The position numbers were made by a program, and so were the translations under genes. DNA of 64,000 nt, from NCBI RefSeq assembly GCF_000181795.1, contig NW_003526943.1:2613666-2677665 (forward strand), in the 5' to 3' direction. The notes under the pieces are model-generated. The model was not told the DNA's origin. It saw nothing but the letters and a program-made list of their open reading frames with translations, and made no database searches. How positions within the stretch are numbered: position 1 is the first letter of the stretch; every line of letters starts with the position of its first letter. Source of the DNA: Trichinella spiralis. Taxonomy: Eukaryota. This document shows positions 12,642-27,093 of the stretch, in pieces.

Positions 12642-13451
12642 ATGATTGCCGGCAGTGCTAATGTTGAAAGCAATCCAAATAGTTCTTGGCTGTCGACGCG
12701 TGGAGCTTGGGCAGCTTATTGTTCGAGCGTTTTTTTGTTGTTCATCTTTCTGTTTTTGGTCGTCTCAGTTCCGACCGACTACGTTTACACTGCCACGAAT
12801 GTATTGCACAATTTTGTAAGTGAAATTGTTTTTTTTAAATAAATTAAAAAATTAACAATTATACACACACATGTACAACAGGCGATGTATATAATCATGC
12901 ATCAAATCAAAGGAGCACCGTGGTTGGCAGTTGATCAGGGCGAATGTAGACGATTGACGTTTTGGGAACAAATCGATTCCGGCGTGCAGTTCACCGCTAC
13001 CAAGAAGTTCATGAGCGTGTTCCCGATATTATTGTAAGTTATAATTTTATTAATATGATCCAAAATTGTCACTTCATTTTTTTTCAATTGAAACGTAACA
13101 ATTTTTGATGTTTCAACAATTAATGACAGCTTGATCGCTGTTGAAGCTTTCCAACTTGACGTGAATGATTGCCGTTTGACACCAATTTGACATCTATATG
13201 ATTTGTATCTTTATAATAATAATAATAATACTCTTGCACTGTTGTGTTCATTCCTCACATGACAGTTTTGCATATGATGACTGTCCATAAAATTTGCAGA
13301 ATTGTTTCTTTGTAGATTTCTCATCACAAACATTGCCAATAACTACAAGTTCGATCACTTCCTTGTGAATTTGTTGTCATTGTTGGTTGTACTGTTGCCA
13401 AAGTCGCCACAATTTCACAAAGTTCGTGTTTTTGGAATCAACAAATATTAA
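12642..13451 (+). CDS. ORMDL: ORM1-like protein (serine palmitoyltransferase regulator), 3 exons
   Basis: [19 protein letters not shown]/..[51 protein letters not shown]. Exons ~12642-12815, 12882-13033, 13317-13451. Confidence 0.95.
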
Positions 13452-13811
13452 TTAATCAACGTCAATTAAAGAAGCGCCCTAAAATTTTTCCTGTTCTCTC
13501 GTTGGTTTGTTTTGTAACTGAAGTCACGACAGATGTTCGAGTTCACAGATGAAAAAAGAAAAAGGTATATTATTATTGAAAATTTTTTGTACGTTCGAAT
13601 AAATAAAAATATTATTACTTTCAACAGATTGATTGCGCGTGGTATTAAAAAATGAGAAATATTTCTTCAGCATTTTCACTTTATGATATAAAAATAAGCA
13701 TATCAGGAAAATGGTACGCATTTTAAAAAGAAAATTACTTAAAATAGTCAGACTGCAACAAAAACTGCAAACGAGTTATGTGCAAGTCAGAAAAATACAA
13801 CAGTGATTTAT

Positions 13812-15683
13812 TTAAAATCGCAAAATTCTTGTTTTGGCAACTGTCGACTCTTGGGGACAATACGGACATTTCAATCTGAATATGAAATTTTGCTCATTAT
13901 TATACATTTTTCAGCTGTGTCATTTTTAAAAGCAAAAAAAAGCATTACCGCTCATGCAATACTAGTCGATTCATTGCTTCTTTGGAAATGACGTGACCGC
14001 AAACAAGGCGAACAGGCGGATTAACTTCAGATGTTTGTTGTCTCAAAATTGGGCAAGAAAATACAGAATGATACTGGGGAAGGCCGTTTAAATCGACTTC
14101 GATCTGAATTTCGAGGAAAAAAAATTTCTTTTTTAACAGCAAAATTAAATTTTAATTTATTCATACCGGAAGTTCATCCACTTGCCCAAAAAATTCCATC
14201 ACTTGACCACTTTTCATAACTTTATTCAAATGTAACAATGCCGGTACAGCTCTTGTGCCAGCTTCCAAACTGAAAAAAGAACATCATCAATATTTAATTC
14301 AAAAAACAGCATGCTACACGTCAACTTTCGCTTACATTATACCCAACGGATTACTTGTTGGAATTTTGTACACTTTGCACCAATCTTTCACAAACATCTC
14401 CTGAACTTCATCCCAGTTATCATCAGAAAAGAAGTGCTTGTAAGTGGATGTTGCAAGCGCCGGTTGAGTAAAAATTAAACAAGCCATCAGCGATTGTACC
14501 TCTGTACACAAACAAATATTTAAATAAAAAAAACAATATGCGAATATATTAAAATCATTAAACTCACACCTGCAGAATGACGACAAGAAAAGTGTTGAAA
14601 GACGCGAGAAAATTCCAAAGCTTCTTGCTTGTCATCTCCACCTTTTCTCAATAATTCAACATACTGGAGACGCAAAAGAGAAAATTCCAAACAGCTGTCA
14701 ATTTCGTCCAAACGACTCTTATTGCTTCGGGCCCAACTGTTGAAGAAAATGAAAATTAAATTACAAATTTCCTTGTTCATCATTACTTTAAAGCCGGAGT
14801 AACGTTTCGAACTTTCAATTGATCCAAAATAGCAGTCATGTTTGCAAACATATTTCCCTTAACATCACTAAACTGAGATCCAGTTAGCTATAATTGCAAA
14901 ATAAAATAAAGCAAATTGATAAAGTCAAGAAAAAAACAAATCATACCTCCAAAAGCAGATCTGCTACATCCACCATACCCAATGTTAAGTAATGCTTCGC
15001 AATAAGCAAGTCTACGGTTGGTTTTAATACTGCATTAACTTCATAAGATACTTTAGTGAAGTTCAATTCACTTATATCACTTACAAAATGCTAGAAAAAA
15101 TCGCAATTACATTCTTCATGAAATTACAAAATGTACAAAAAAATATTCATTTTCTAAATTACAATTATCAAAATAAAATTCACCAATAATCAGTGCATAC
15201 TTATCACATACGGTAAATTATGAGTGTTAGCATAACAGACAATGTTAATTTTAAACAATGAAATTTAAAAACTGAATAAAAATATTCCTTGTAAAGAATT
15301 ATCATTTTCACCTCTTACCTTGTCTATTTCTCTTCCACATTTTGATACAGTCCCGTGCATTTCACGATGCTCAGAACAAAGTGTTTTAAGCACATCTCTA
15401 ACTTTTTTAACATACCTTTCGAAAATCATAACGCCAGCAATGCTTAGTGAATTGTCCGGCTCTTCATCTACAAATTTTTCACTTTAAATATAACCACAAA
15501 AAAGGAAAAATTGGAACATGTCGCGAAACCTGAGAGAAGTTCCCTACGAAGCGTTTCGCTTTGTTTCGCTAATGCATCTATTGAACTTCGGGAATTTTCA
15601 GTAAAATTTTCAAATCCAGTCTGCAGTCGCTTAATTGTTGATTCGACTATTTCTAAGGCATTTGTATCTTCTTTCTTAGACAT
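13812..15683 (-). CDS. RMND5: RMD5/RMND5 homolog (GID/CTLH E3 ligase RING subunit), multi-exon
   Basis: [70 protein letters not shown]. Confidence 0.92.
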
Positions 15684-17181
15684 CTAAAATCATTCCATAT
15701 TTCCATGAATTGTATACATTAATTTCATATAAATAAAATACAAAAAATACTAAATTTTACAACTGAATTTTGATAGAACATATACATCTTGTGCATGTCA
15801 AACACAGATTCTATTCTGAAACACTGTAGAGGTTTCCTAATCATCAATAAGTTTATGAAACAAAACTTAATCTGACTATTAACAAATCAACAAAAACAAA
15901 ACGATCAAAACAAAAACAGTACAAAAATGCTCATGCAATTAAAAGCAAAATTTTCTTATGAAAACCTAAAATATAATAAAAGTTAACACGATTCAGTAAT
16001 CGTAGTATACACTACAAATACAGTATTTGGACAAATATTTTGAGACAATCAAGTAAAATCTAACTTTTTTTGTATTCTTTCGCAAATATTTGCAAATTTC
16101 ATATTCAGCCAAAAATATTATAAATATAATTATATAAAATTATGAACACTGTATTGAAAAACTGAAAAGTTAATTTCGTATATTTATTCTGTAGATTTTT
16201 CTGATAAGCGGGATTTATTTATTCATCATATTTTTTTGTTTCTAAGTATAAAAGTCGCTTTTCTTTAAGAAAATACTAATTTTTCAATAGTGACTATTTA
16301 TTTTTATAATTTTGTATTTTAATTACATTCGTGTGCCTGCATATTCATTTGTACTTATACTGTCATATTTTCTTCAATTGAAATATTAGTTATGTGAATA
16401 AATTTGTATTTGTGTTTATGAAATGAATTAACAATTAAACAGTTCACCATACTTAGTTTATAACTTGCGATACATTACATTGTGCAGAAAACTGTAAAAT
16501 AATACGCCGGCATCTAAATTATTTTTTATTTTACTTATTACAGAAGCGGTATTATTTTATTATTAAATAATTACATTATAATATTTAATCATGTAGAAAG
16601 TGCTTTATCATTAATACAAATGCTGTGAAGTGAAAATTTTAATACCGTGTGAAACTACTGAAATCTTGTTTTCAATATTTTCATTTTTAGTATTGTGCCC
16701 TCTCAAAAGACTAATTAATTGTGACATAAATACAAAATAATTGTAACTTTGACTGTACCATATCTTCGATGTTTGTAATAATGTTTCACATATAAGACAT
16801 TTTGATTTCTTGGAAAATTTATAAGATGGCGAAGCGCACATAATTGTTTGTTATAACTTGAAATTCAATATATGAATCGTAATTCTGCTTCCAATGCTTC
16901 ATTCTGTGCAAGGTATTGTGTTTGAATTAGCATGTTTATTTATTTTATGTCCTTCATAATGCAAGAGCTGCAATAATTTACCTTAAATCTTTCAATATAC
17001 AGCAACTTTGACATCCAAAATGTTCGTTCTTTGTCCTGGAGATTATTAAGTATGTTATGTACTTGCAATATATATATATATATATATTATTTAAAATTTA
17101 TGTATTATGCATATATGATTTCAAAGTAATGTTGTCATGTTACCATTTCTTTCGTCATTCTTTTATGATAAGACAATAAGT

Positions 17182-17258
17182 TTTATGCTTTGAGCGAATA
17201 AGCCATCTGTTTATGCTTTGAGCGAAGAAGCCATCTGTTTATGTTTTGAGCGAATAAG
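17182..17258. repeat. 28-bp minisatellite, ~2.7 copies
   Basis: TTTATG(C/T)TTTGAGCGAA(T/G)AAGCCATCTG repeated in tandem. Confidence 0.85.
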
Positions 17259-18234
17259 GCTCATTTTATTGATAGTATACGTTTAAAAATCATTGTTCTC
17301 TGCACTGCATCATGTTGCTAATTGAAAATTGTGTTAGATTGTATCGCTAGTAGATTATATTAGTGTAGTATTATTCATCAGTGGTAGTATTTTTAATATT
17401 TAATTTTTATATTTAAATTTATATAAGAATACACAGTCTTTTATGTTTCATTGACAGTGTAAAGTAATACATTGTTTTATATACAAAATGATAGAAATAA
17501 ATAAATCATAGTGATTTTATTTTCTGAATAAACTAAGTTCCAATTTAAGAATTTAAACTTTTTGAACATCTTAATTTACTTCTTTCTAAAATTGTATGAT
17601 CCGCGTTGAAACAAGAATGGTAAATTTTTGATTTTAATATTATAAGTTACCGATCACTGTCATGTGAGAACTGCTGAGATGATCATGTTGAGACCTGTTT
17701 GCACCTTTACAATTAAAATGTGACCATCCTTCAAGTACATACATTAAAAGAAAGCTTTTAAATGTGCATTACAACCCTGTTTTATTGAAATCCATGAATC
17801 AAGAATGTTAGCTTGGCTAATCTATTTCATTCAGATTCAAAAAGTGAAATACAGTTTTTTCTAAATTTCGAGCGCGGCTACTATTCATGGCATATTCTTT
17901 GCAGAAAACAGTGATGAATTAGAAAAATATCACAATTTAAAAATATAACATAATTTCAACTTCTGATTCTTAATTTCAAACAACGTTTTAATAATTTATG
18001 TGAATTACTGAAATTGGGATAAAGGATGTCTTTATGTATATTATATTCATACTGTATATTAATGAAAATTAAGAAGAATGACTAATGATAGGATATAAAT
18101 GTTTATTTTAGAAAGGAAGACATTGCATTTTTGTGGCAGGTAGTCTTGGTCAGTCTATTGCTGTTTTTTTCAGTCTATGTAATGGAGTAAGTTCGATGAT
18201 TTTCATTTTGTGTAAATATTGCAAATAATCCAAT

Positions 18235-20430
18235 ATGCCTGGAATGCATATGTTTGGTCGGCGCTGGGCTGTCGCTACTGACGACTTTGTATTTCCAGCG
18301 CTGACTGAGGCTGTGCTTCGTTTTTCATGGTGAGTGTTTTGCCGTCAAAAAAGCAATTATTTTCTTGATAATTATAATTTAAAAAAATTTGTTACGCAGT
18401 TGTGAATTAATTTCAGGTTTGTTATTACTGTAGCAATATTTACTGCTCACAAAGAAGACAGTTGCCCAATGGCTGGCCGTTTGAACTTGTTCATTATCAC
18501 GTCGTTCGTTTACAATTTGATACTTGTAGTTTATTGTTTGCACTTGGCTTATGCGAGTAGTCGCGGCGGTGTGTTGAATTGCATGGCTAGGAGTGGCGTG
18601 GTGAAAATTCTCAGCTGTCGATTGCCTCTCACAGTGTTGGAAGCTTGTTGGGCAATTGTTGGCGCAGTCTGGCTGTCACAAGCTGATCAGACAGGCACTT
18701 GTGATCCGTCATTTTTGTTTTTCATTCGCTTCGCCGTCTATGGCTGTTGGTTTTTGCTCGGCTTGATGTTGGTCAGTCTTTTGCTGGTGTTCGACCCTGT
18801 GGGTCATTTTCATTATGGGGATCTTCGTTTGGTCGACCATGCGCAGAAAGTTTGGCGTCGGCGTTTTCAGACCATCTTTTGCTGTTTCGGTCGGAATGAT
18901 CGCATTAAAGTCGCTTTCGAAGATACTGCTGAATTGTTGAGTAGCCTATTTGGCGACGTTGATCTTGTACTTACGGATATTTGGGCAGGTGATTTGTTGA
19001 AGTTGTTTTTGTTATTTTTGAATCGATTATTCAATTAATCGATCAAATTTGAAATTGTTGAACAAAAACTGCTGCTTACTGTAGGCTTGATATTGCTGGC
19101 CGATGAGAGGAACAATCTGCTCCGGACCCGTGAACTGAAAAGCGAGCCGACAGTTCCACTTCCGGGCTGGATGAACGTGGAACAAGCGCTTCGATTTGCC
19201 CAATTTGCGGTCGGTGTATACGGGTGGCCGTATTTTGTTTGCAGTTCTGCGTACAGCATCAGACCGTTGTGCAGTCTGATGCGGCGCTTGTCCTGCTTCC
19301 ACCGATGCCGGTGCGATTCGACGCTCGTGATGCAGGACAATTGTTGCCTGTGCAATACGTCGGCGTTTCTCCTGCAGACCGGCTTGGTCGAGACGGATCT
19401 GTTCTACGTCAGCTTTCACAACGAAGTTTGGGAAACGCCGTTCGTAGCTTGCATCGACCACACAACAAGAACGGTGGTAGTCGCGATCCGAGGTTCGTCC
19501 AGCTTGAGGGACGCGTTCACTGACCTCTGCTTGAACGAGGACTGCTTGCAACTGGACGCAGCCGATTCTTACCAGAGTTCCACCGGCACCGACACCAACA
19601 GTGTGTTGGTGCACCGTGGAATTTTGCGCAGCGCTCGCTATGTCCATCAGAAGCTCACCGCCGAGAACGTTCTGGAGGACTTGTTCGTCCTGCAGCCGGA
19701 CTACGAGCTAGTGTTGACGGGGCACAGTTTGGGTGCCGGCGTTGCGGTCGTTGTGGCCATGCTCCTGCGGCCCAAGTATCCGAAATTGCGTTGTTTCGCC
19801 TACTCGCCGCCGGGATGCGTGATCGACCGAACCTCTCTTGCCTACACGAAGCAGTTTGTGTGCAGTGTAATTGTCGGCGATGATTTGGTGCCCAGGTTGT
19901 CTTTCCAGTCGCTGACTGAACTCAAAGCCGCATTGATGGAAGTGTTGCAGTGCAGTAACAGGCCGAAATTCGACATACTAGTCAAAGGTATTTTTCGTTG
20001 GGCTTTTGCACCACGATCAACGCGACGCACAGTGCTTGTCGACGACCAGGAAGCGATTGTTGGATTTGATGCAACATTCAAATCTGCTCACGAAACTGAT
20101 CAACAACAACAACGGCAACGGCAAGATCAAGACAGAAATTTTGAAGAAACCGACCCTTCTCAGCCGTTGATAGCAAACTCAGTCCGTTCGTCGACTGTCA
20201 TCAATAATGATACTGGTGGTGATTCAGAGCGAGCCATTTGCAGAACGTCTCTCTGCTGTCCAGGTAGAATATTACACCTACCATCTGCCACAAGTGTTGC
20301 CACTCAAGTTGAAGAATACGACGTCGATGCGTTGAAAGAAATTCGACTTACCAGTTCCATGCTGGCCGACCACATGCCCCACTCAGTACTAGCCGCTTTA
20401 CGCGCGGTAGTCGCTCGGCAAAATCTCTAA
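18235..20430 (+). CDS. DAGLB: sn1-specific diacylglycerol lipase (DAGL beta-like), 3 exons
   Basis: N-terminus [21 protein letters not shown], four hydrophobic segments, Cys-rich insert, Lipase_3 motifs VAIRGS, VHRG, GHSLG, DLVPRL, DHMP. Exons 18235-18329, 18417-18988, 19085-20430. Alpha vs beta is less certain than the family call. Confidence 0.88.
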
Positions 20431-20924
20431 CTAGTGTCTTTCTGTTCATCTCTTTTCTCATTCTTCAGTTGAAGTGATGATATTTTGTGTTGTTTCTTCA
20501 GTTCAGTAATAATAAATTACATTTTCTCATTGTCGCTGAATGTTCAAGTTATTCGATTAAATATCTTTTCCAAATTTCATGTTGCAAAATAACATTAATA
20601 ATTCATCGAATATGAAAAACCGCAATACATTTGATTACAAAACATTAACAACTTGCACATCAAAAACAGCATTACCGTACATAGGTATTTATTTATTTAT
20701 TTAATTTCATGTGATAAGAATATTTCTCATATAATTTTCATGCAATTTACAGGATATATAAGGTCGAAAATAAAAAACTATAAAAACAACACGAATTGGT
20801 AAGTTATCTTATAAATAAAATTAATTTTTTAATTATGATAAGTTTGAAACGAAAATTTAGGCGAAATACATATTTAATAATTTGTATTATATTTATTTAG
20901 TAAATAATGAGCATATCGTAACAA

Positions 20925-20997
20925 GCCCTTGTGGCCTAATGGAGAAGGCGTCGGTCTCCTAAACCGAAGACTGCGGGTTCGAGTCCCGCCAAGGGTA
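20925..20997 (+). tRNA. tRNA-Arg (anticodon CCT)
   Basis: Cloverleaf: GCCCTTG/CAAGGGT acceptor stem, TCGGT-CTCCTAA-ACCGA anticodon arm, GGTTCGAGTCC B box. Confidence 0.95.
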
Positions 20998-22340
20998 ATA
21001 AGCTTTCTTGAAGAGCAAATTCTTTTACAACTAAATTATTCCGTTGTTTTCGTTTTCAGAATTGATAAAATAAGATGCTGCAATTACCCCAATCAACTGC
21101 AATATAAAATATTACTGAATATATATATATATATATATGTATACATCATTAGACTTTTACGATAAACTGTTGAAGCTTGGATATATTAATGAAAACTGAT
21201 ATATTTTGTTTCAAGCATCAATCCATTCTGTCATGTTCTTCAAATTGGAAATTGTTTTGCAGTCAAGCATAGCGTTAGTTGGTGTAAGTGATTTCAATGC
21301 TATTAGTTAAACATAATCATATTTAACTTTTTGAATTACTTTTGTTTTTTATTATTCTTCAATATTTTTCAACGGATATTTTGTTTTTAAAATAAGATTA
21401 TCCATCTTTAATCCAAAACAATAAATAATTTTGATGCTTGAGATGTGCATTTGATTTGACATGTGTTTTTCAAATGTTAACATGTATATATTGGGTGAAT
21501 TATTTTTTCCTCTACTGCTGAAATATTCGCAACATGCTGTTTAGCGTTTGTTGTGTTATTGAGCAGAATTTGATTTTCATTTATTTGAATTACAAATTTG
21601 TTTTCAACAGAGACTGACAAATTGTTTAAGACGACCTGCATTGTTCGCCATTCGATTAATATTACAGGTAAACACGGTAAATTGCATCCACGTTGAAGAT
21701 CAAATTATAAATAACCATAAAATCTATTCAGTGCTAGATAAGATGAAATAAAATAACACGTGCAAATGCTTTTGCATTTAAAAATCTGTTTAACAACTGC
21801 AATTCAACAGAAAATAGAAAAAATTATTCTGGTTTCGCTCACCGTGTAATCGGTGTTTGCTGTATTGGTGTGAATAGAGAAAATAGTCATTAAGGGTAAC
21901 ATTCTTGTCATTTGATAATTGAATTAGTAAAATTTTGTCAGATATTATTCATAATTCAATGTAATTTATAAAAAGAATAATTTATTCAACTTAATTGTAA
22001 CGGATACAGCACAGTAGACGTGTTAATGCATTAACGCAGTTGTTGTCTTGGGAAAAAAATTGTCAACAACCGCCATTAAAGCAAAAAACTATTCGATTAT
22101 TCAAAATATTTACTTCCACTTGCAGAAGTTCTTACCTTGAACATCAGAAAAATCTAATTTGAAAAACATACTAAAATTATTCAAGTAATATCAACACCGA
22201 TTATGAGATCAAATGTTGTCATTGTCGAACCATTTTCAATACTGTAATGAATAACATGCAACAGCAATGAAAATTATTTCGTATTATTCAAAATAAAAGT
22301 AGAGGAAATTGTTCTTCTTTTATTTGTTAATAATTATAAA

Positions 22341-23496
22341 TCAACTGCATTGTAAAGTGACATCCTGCGGATCCATATTGATCAACTTATTACTATAGTC
22401 GACCAGGTCGTCTACAGAAACCCGCCCGCGTTGTTTTACGAACGTGACAATCGCTTTCATCTCGTCTTCGGTAACGAAAATGAACTTTCCACGATCATCT
22501 ATAACTCCGGTAAGCATACCGTCGGCAAGTAAACTTTTCAGACGATCAATCACATCAATGCTGCGCATTTGAAATTGTCCTGCCAATTCTTCCATGCTAA
22601 CTACCTAAATTATGAAATGTATCGGTGATTTTAAAAACTGTTCAAATATGCTAACAATATAAAAACAAATTAAACTCATTTTGTCGTATAAATTAATATA
22701 TACGAAAAGGAAATTGTTCATTTCATTGTAAAATTTCAATCACTTTCGCTTTTTGGATGTATTCTACAAACTCTTTCAGCAAATTGGCCGTATCTTCATT
22801 TATATCCACGTCGCATCCTTGTTCTTCAACAGTAAACCCTTGCTTCAGCTTTTCATATTCTTCTTGCTCTTTGCGCTTTTCTTCTTCCAATCGACGCTTC
22901 TCCTCAAGTTCTTTTTGTCGTTCTTTCTCTTCTTCTTCTTCTTCCCTTTTTCGTCTCTTCTCAGCACGTTCTTCTTCGATCTGCCTCTTCAATGCTCGTT
23001 CCTCTTCTTCCTAAAAATTTTTACGAAACAACTACTTTTATAGATATTCATCCCAAAATCAAGAAAACCAAAAGCTGAACAAGCTGACCGCTTCTCGTGC
23101 TTGTTTCCGTTCTTCCTTGGCCCTCAACTTTGCCAATCTCTTCTTGCCCACTTTGCCGGGTAATTTTATTTCTGATTCTTCGCCGCCGGAATCGGATCCC
23201 GACGCATCACCCTCCATAGCAACATTTCTCCTTCTTACACCACCAACTATGAAATAATGATCAAAATTTTTCAATATTACGTAAATGTAAAATTCTTTTA
23301 ATAAACACTTCATACTTAAAGGACGAGCAGCTTGCCGTTGTTGCTGTTGGTTGTTGTTCCGTTGTGCAGCCAGTTCATTTAAATTTACACGTCGAATATG
23401 CCGATTTTCTTTCAAAAATAATTTATAAATTTGAATGCAACCAATCACCATGAAAACCAACAAAATTAACACGGAACAAATAAACATGGGATCCAT
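22341..23496 (-). CDS. DDRGK1: DDRGK domain-containing protein 1 (UFBP1, UFMylation adaptor)
   Basis: N-terminal TM segment, charged coiled coil, GMLTGVIDDRGKFIFVT and FVKQRGRVS motifs. About 4 exons. Confidence 0.95.
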
Positions 23497-24055
23497 CGTG
23501 AACAATTTATCTACACAAGCACAGTATTAAAAGATAGTTCTTCTCTTTTCTTTTTTTCTGTCTTTTGAAGCTTTACGCTCACGAAGCTTATTGATAGCTG
23601 ATTAACAATTGAAATAAACCTGTCATTGTACATCAAAATGCAAACACTGAACAGCAATGTCACATTATATATTAAAAATTCGAAACTAGAAATAATGAAA
23701 ATTGCGCAAAAAAAATACTATATAACTAACTAATTAATTAGTTGCATATATATAAATGAGTAGCATTGTAAATATAAATAAACAAATAAATCATACCTGT
23801 TTTTATTTGTAACACTAATGCATTTTACAGTAAGTTTTGTATTAAAAGAAATTAAGTTCAATGCAATGATTGAACGTTAAATGAATAGAAAAGCTGCATA
23901 ATTTTTTTACTTTTGAATGAAATTTTTAAAAAAATAATTTTTGCCCTAAAATTGTATCTGTTCAGCAAATACTTCATTCTTTCTTCAGCATTATAAATGT
24001 ATAATTTATTTGTTTTTATAATGCAAACTCGTGGAACTTCCCTTTGCAAATTTAC

Positions 24056-25125
24056 TTACTGAAAGTTCAACTGAATTACAGTTGTACAAAAGTCAAATAA
24101 CTCAACAAAATCAACAATTACAATGTTCAAAAATGGCATCAGCAATATGCTGTTCTTCTTCAACCAAGATACTGCTTGTTCTGTAGTTTTCGTCGCCATC
24201 ACAGTACGTAAACTTTTCTTGAAATGGCGAACTATATTCCACCAAGTTGGTGTAAGGATACATTGCGTAACAAAGAAACCTCCCTTTGGAAGTATCTGAT
24301 CTCTACAGGTTAGAATGTTTTCAGTATATTGCCATAAATGTTGGATATTGTTTGTGTTTGCCCACGGGCTGGCAATATAGGAACTCGGCCAGGTGAATGA
24401 AAACTGCTCCGCTAATTTTTGCTGATAAAAAAGCAATAACTGAAATCCATGCTGCTGGGCAAAATCGACTGTCACCTGATTTAAAGATAACGATGGAGGT
24501 GCAGGAATAAATTTGCCATTAAACAGGTGCTCCAACTGTACCAGGAATTTTCTGTGCAGCTCATCATTGAAATTGTAAAAATGATTAATGTCAAGTATTA
24601 AAATTTCTTCAGGGTGATCGCTTATGAAGGTGTATATTTCATCGAGCACTTCTTTTATCGGACGACCATATAACCCGTGTAAAAGAAAAATATCCAATGA
24701 TTGTTCGCATTCACCCGGAAGAAATGCAACTCTTACATCAAAATATCGAATACCGAAACGTAGTTGATCAGTTACATGTAATTCTTGACATCGACCCCAA
24801 CGTTCAATAGTCTTGCGAGCCCATGGCGAGTCAACAAAGCGTAAAAACTTAGGAACATCAGTTGCAATAGGAAGTTTCTTATTCAACAAATCAGAAAATG
24901 ATTGATGAGAACCTTCAATTAAAAAGAAAATTAAAGTAAAATGCAACTGCATCTTTTGAAAAAGTTACAGATGAAATATAAGAAAAAATAAAATTTCAAA
25001 AAATTTACATGACTTCACTGAACTTTTAATTGAACGCATTTACCTGGAATGAATAAATGAGTTAATGGCTTCAGTTTAAGAAATAATGGTAAATCCCGCA
25101 TCCAATTTTCATTGTGCTGCGTCAT
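24056..25125 (-). CDS. PLCXD: PI-PLC X domain-containing protein (PLCXD family), 2 exons
   Basis: Exon 1 MTQHNENWMRDLP..LTHLFIPG spliced to SHQS; QLRFGIRYFDVR, LHGL, HPEEILILD, SPWANT, NIVIVDFV. Confidence 0.9.
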
Positions 25126-27093
25126 TTTGTACTAAAAATACTATTACACATTATTTAGGAATGAATAAAAATTTATCTTTCATCTGAAAATTACAATAAA
25201 TTACTTTCAATACTTCAGTGATGAAATTTCACAATTATGAGATTTTAACGCACTTTTAAATTAGAAATACAATACAAATGCAACAATAAACAAACAACTT
25301 CTTACTTAATTCACTTACTATCAGTTACCAATCGCTTTTTTTCCTCTTGTCTTTTTTTCATATAATATTTTCGATTTTCAAAATTGTAATTTCTAACTAC
25401 ATAAAATGAATAAGAGCCTATTATCATTATCACAGTGTAAGACAGCAAAATTTTAGTATTTGTTTGCATTGTAAACCATTAATTTTGCCTCGTAATAAAC
25501 AAAAAACAGTAAATGATAAGTAAGTTTTTATCATGTTTTATTCACATGTAATGCTTATCCTATCTTACTCTGTTCTAGTTTAGTATTTATTTCAAGTTTT
25601 AATTTCAAAATAATATTCATAAAGTAGCAATAATTTTTTGGTGATGATGTATTTTTCCGTTTAATTATTCCACATTTCAGCATGGCTATTTTGTAGCATT
25701 TATACCTTTGTGTATTTTATGTAAATTTTAATACAGTTTAAATTGATATTCAAAATTGCACGGAAATTATTTAAATTCATTCAGTTAACAAATTTTGAGT
25801 TAATTTCACCTTTTAGCTAAGCTTGACTGGAAAAATAAGTATTCACATTTTAATAATTTAAATTTTAATGAATTGTAAATTATTTATGAAGGCTCTTTCT
25901 TTGAAATGATATGTGAAATTTTTTATTTTTTATCATTATCCTATTTATTTTAAAATTATTTTTTAAATTTGGCTATTAATTTTTTTTTCTCAACAATATT
26001 TGATGAAATACATTTGTAATGTACTTCAAAAATTGTGTAAAGTGATGTGAAGTGCACATAACTTCAGCGTCGATTTGTTTCTTTTTCTTACACATTTACA
26101 TTTTTAATTTATGCATTTCGTACTTGTACTTAAAAGCTTAATTTTATACATTTATTTTGTCTTTAAGTATGTTGTAATTTGTTCGATATGTGATTGTTTA
26201 TTTTCAAGCATCATTTCCATTAGAAAACAAACATAACTCACTACTGTAGTGTTTTTAAATTTATTTTGAATTTACTGTTCGCCGTTAAATTTATTTGAAA
26301 GCTTAAAAATAATTGATTAGCTTTGTTTGGTCCAGCAATATGTTCTGCTTATTAGAGAAACATTTTCTTTCTTCACCTGATGGAATCACTTTTACTAAAT
26401 GATATTTTTCATGCTCACAGCGCAGTTTCTGTTTGTAGATCTTCAGTGGATAACGAACATTAATAGACGATCGATATTTGGTTGTTGGGCACTATTGCAT
26501 TCCGAGTTCCAGTGTTTGGTTGCATTTGTTGATCGTCTGGGTTTCTTTTCTGAAAGTTGTAAGCATTCTTTTTTTGAAAAATTATACTAAACATTAAAGT
26601 GTTTTCCAATATTCGTGTTCGAGAAGCTTTTCTCTGTGCCGGATGTGATTTCTTTTACTTTGAATAATTCTGTTCATTTATGGAAAGAGAAAATTCTTTG
26701 AATCCAATATTTTTGAATTGCATTGTTGTTTAATCGGTATAACTTTGGAGGTTTAAAAACTATATTACAGATGTGTTAAATTGTGTCTGATGTCTGTCGA
26801 AGGTTTTCAATTTGATTTGAGATAACTTGCACATTTGGAGGGTGGGTGGTATTGGTGGTTGCATTAGCCGCTTTCATGAGATGAACGATTGAATTTGTTG
26901 ATTTGCTTAATATTGATTTTCTTGAATTGAGTTTTCACTTGCTGTACTTTGCCAAGCTAATGAGAGAGAAGCCGGTTTAAACTTGTTACTGCCGTTTGCT
27001 GTTTCAACTCGCATGCATACAGTTTATAAGATAAACAAGTGTGTAGGTTTGTATTTCAGATTTGTGTTCAAATTGTTCTGCTGAACCGAAGCA

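Noticed and set aside
17182..17258. 28-bp repeat as a CRISPR-like array
   Set aside because: Head-to-tail units with no spacers, eukaryotic context, no cas genes.
19027..20081. 206-aa and other overlapping ORFs in DAG lipase exon 3
   Set aside because: Shadow ORFs of a GC-rich exon.
22753..23043. Phe/Ser-rich plus-strand ORFs
   Set aside because: Antisense of the Glu/Lys/Arg-rich DDRGK1 exon.
24056..25125. Bacterial horizontal origin of the PI-PLC X gene
   Set aside because: It has a spliceosomal intron, host-like composition and motifs of the metazoan PLCXD family.
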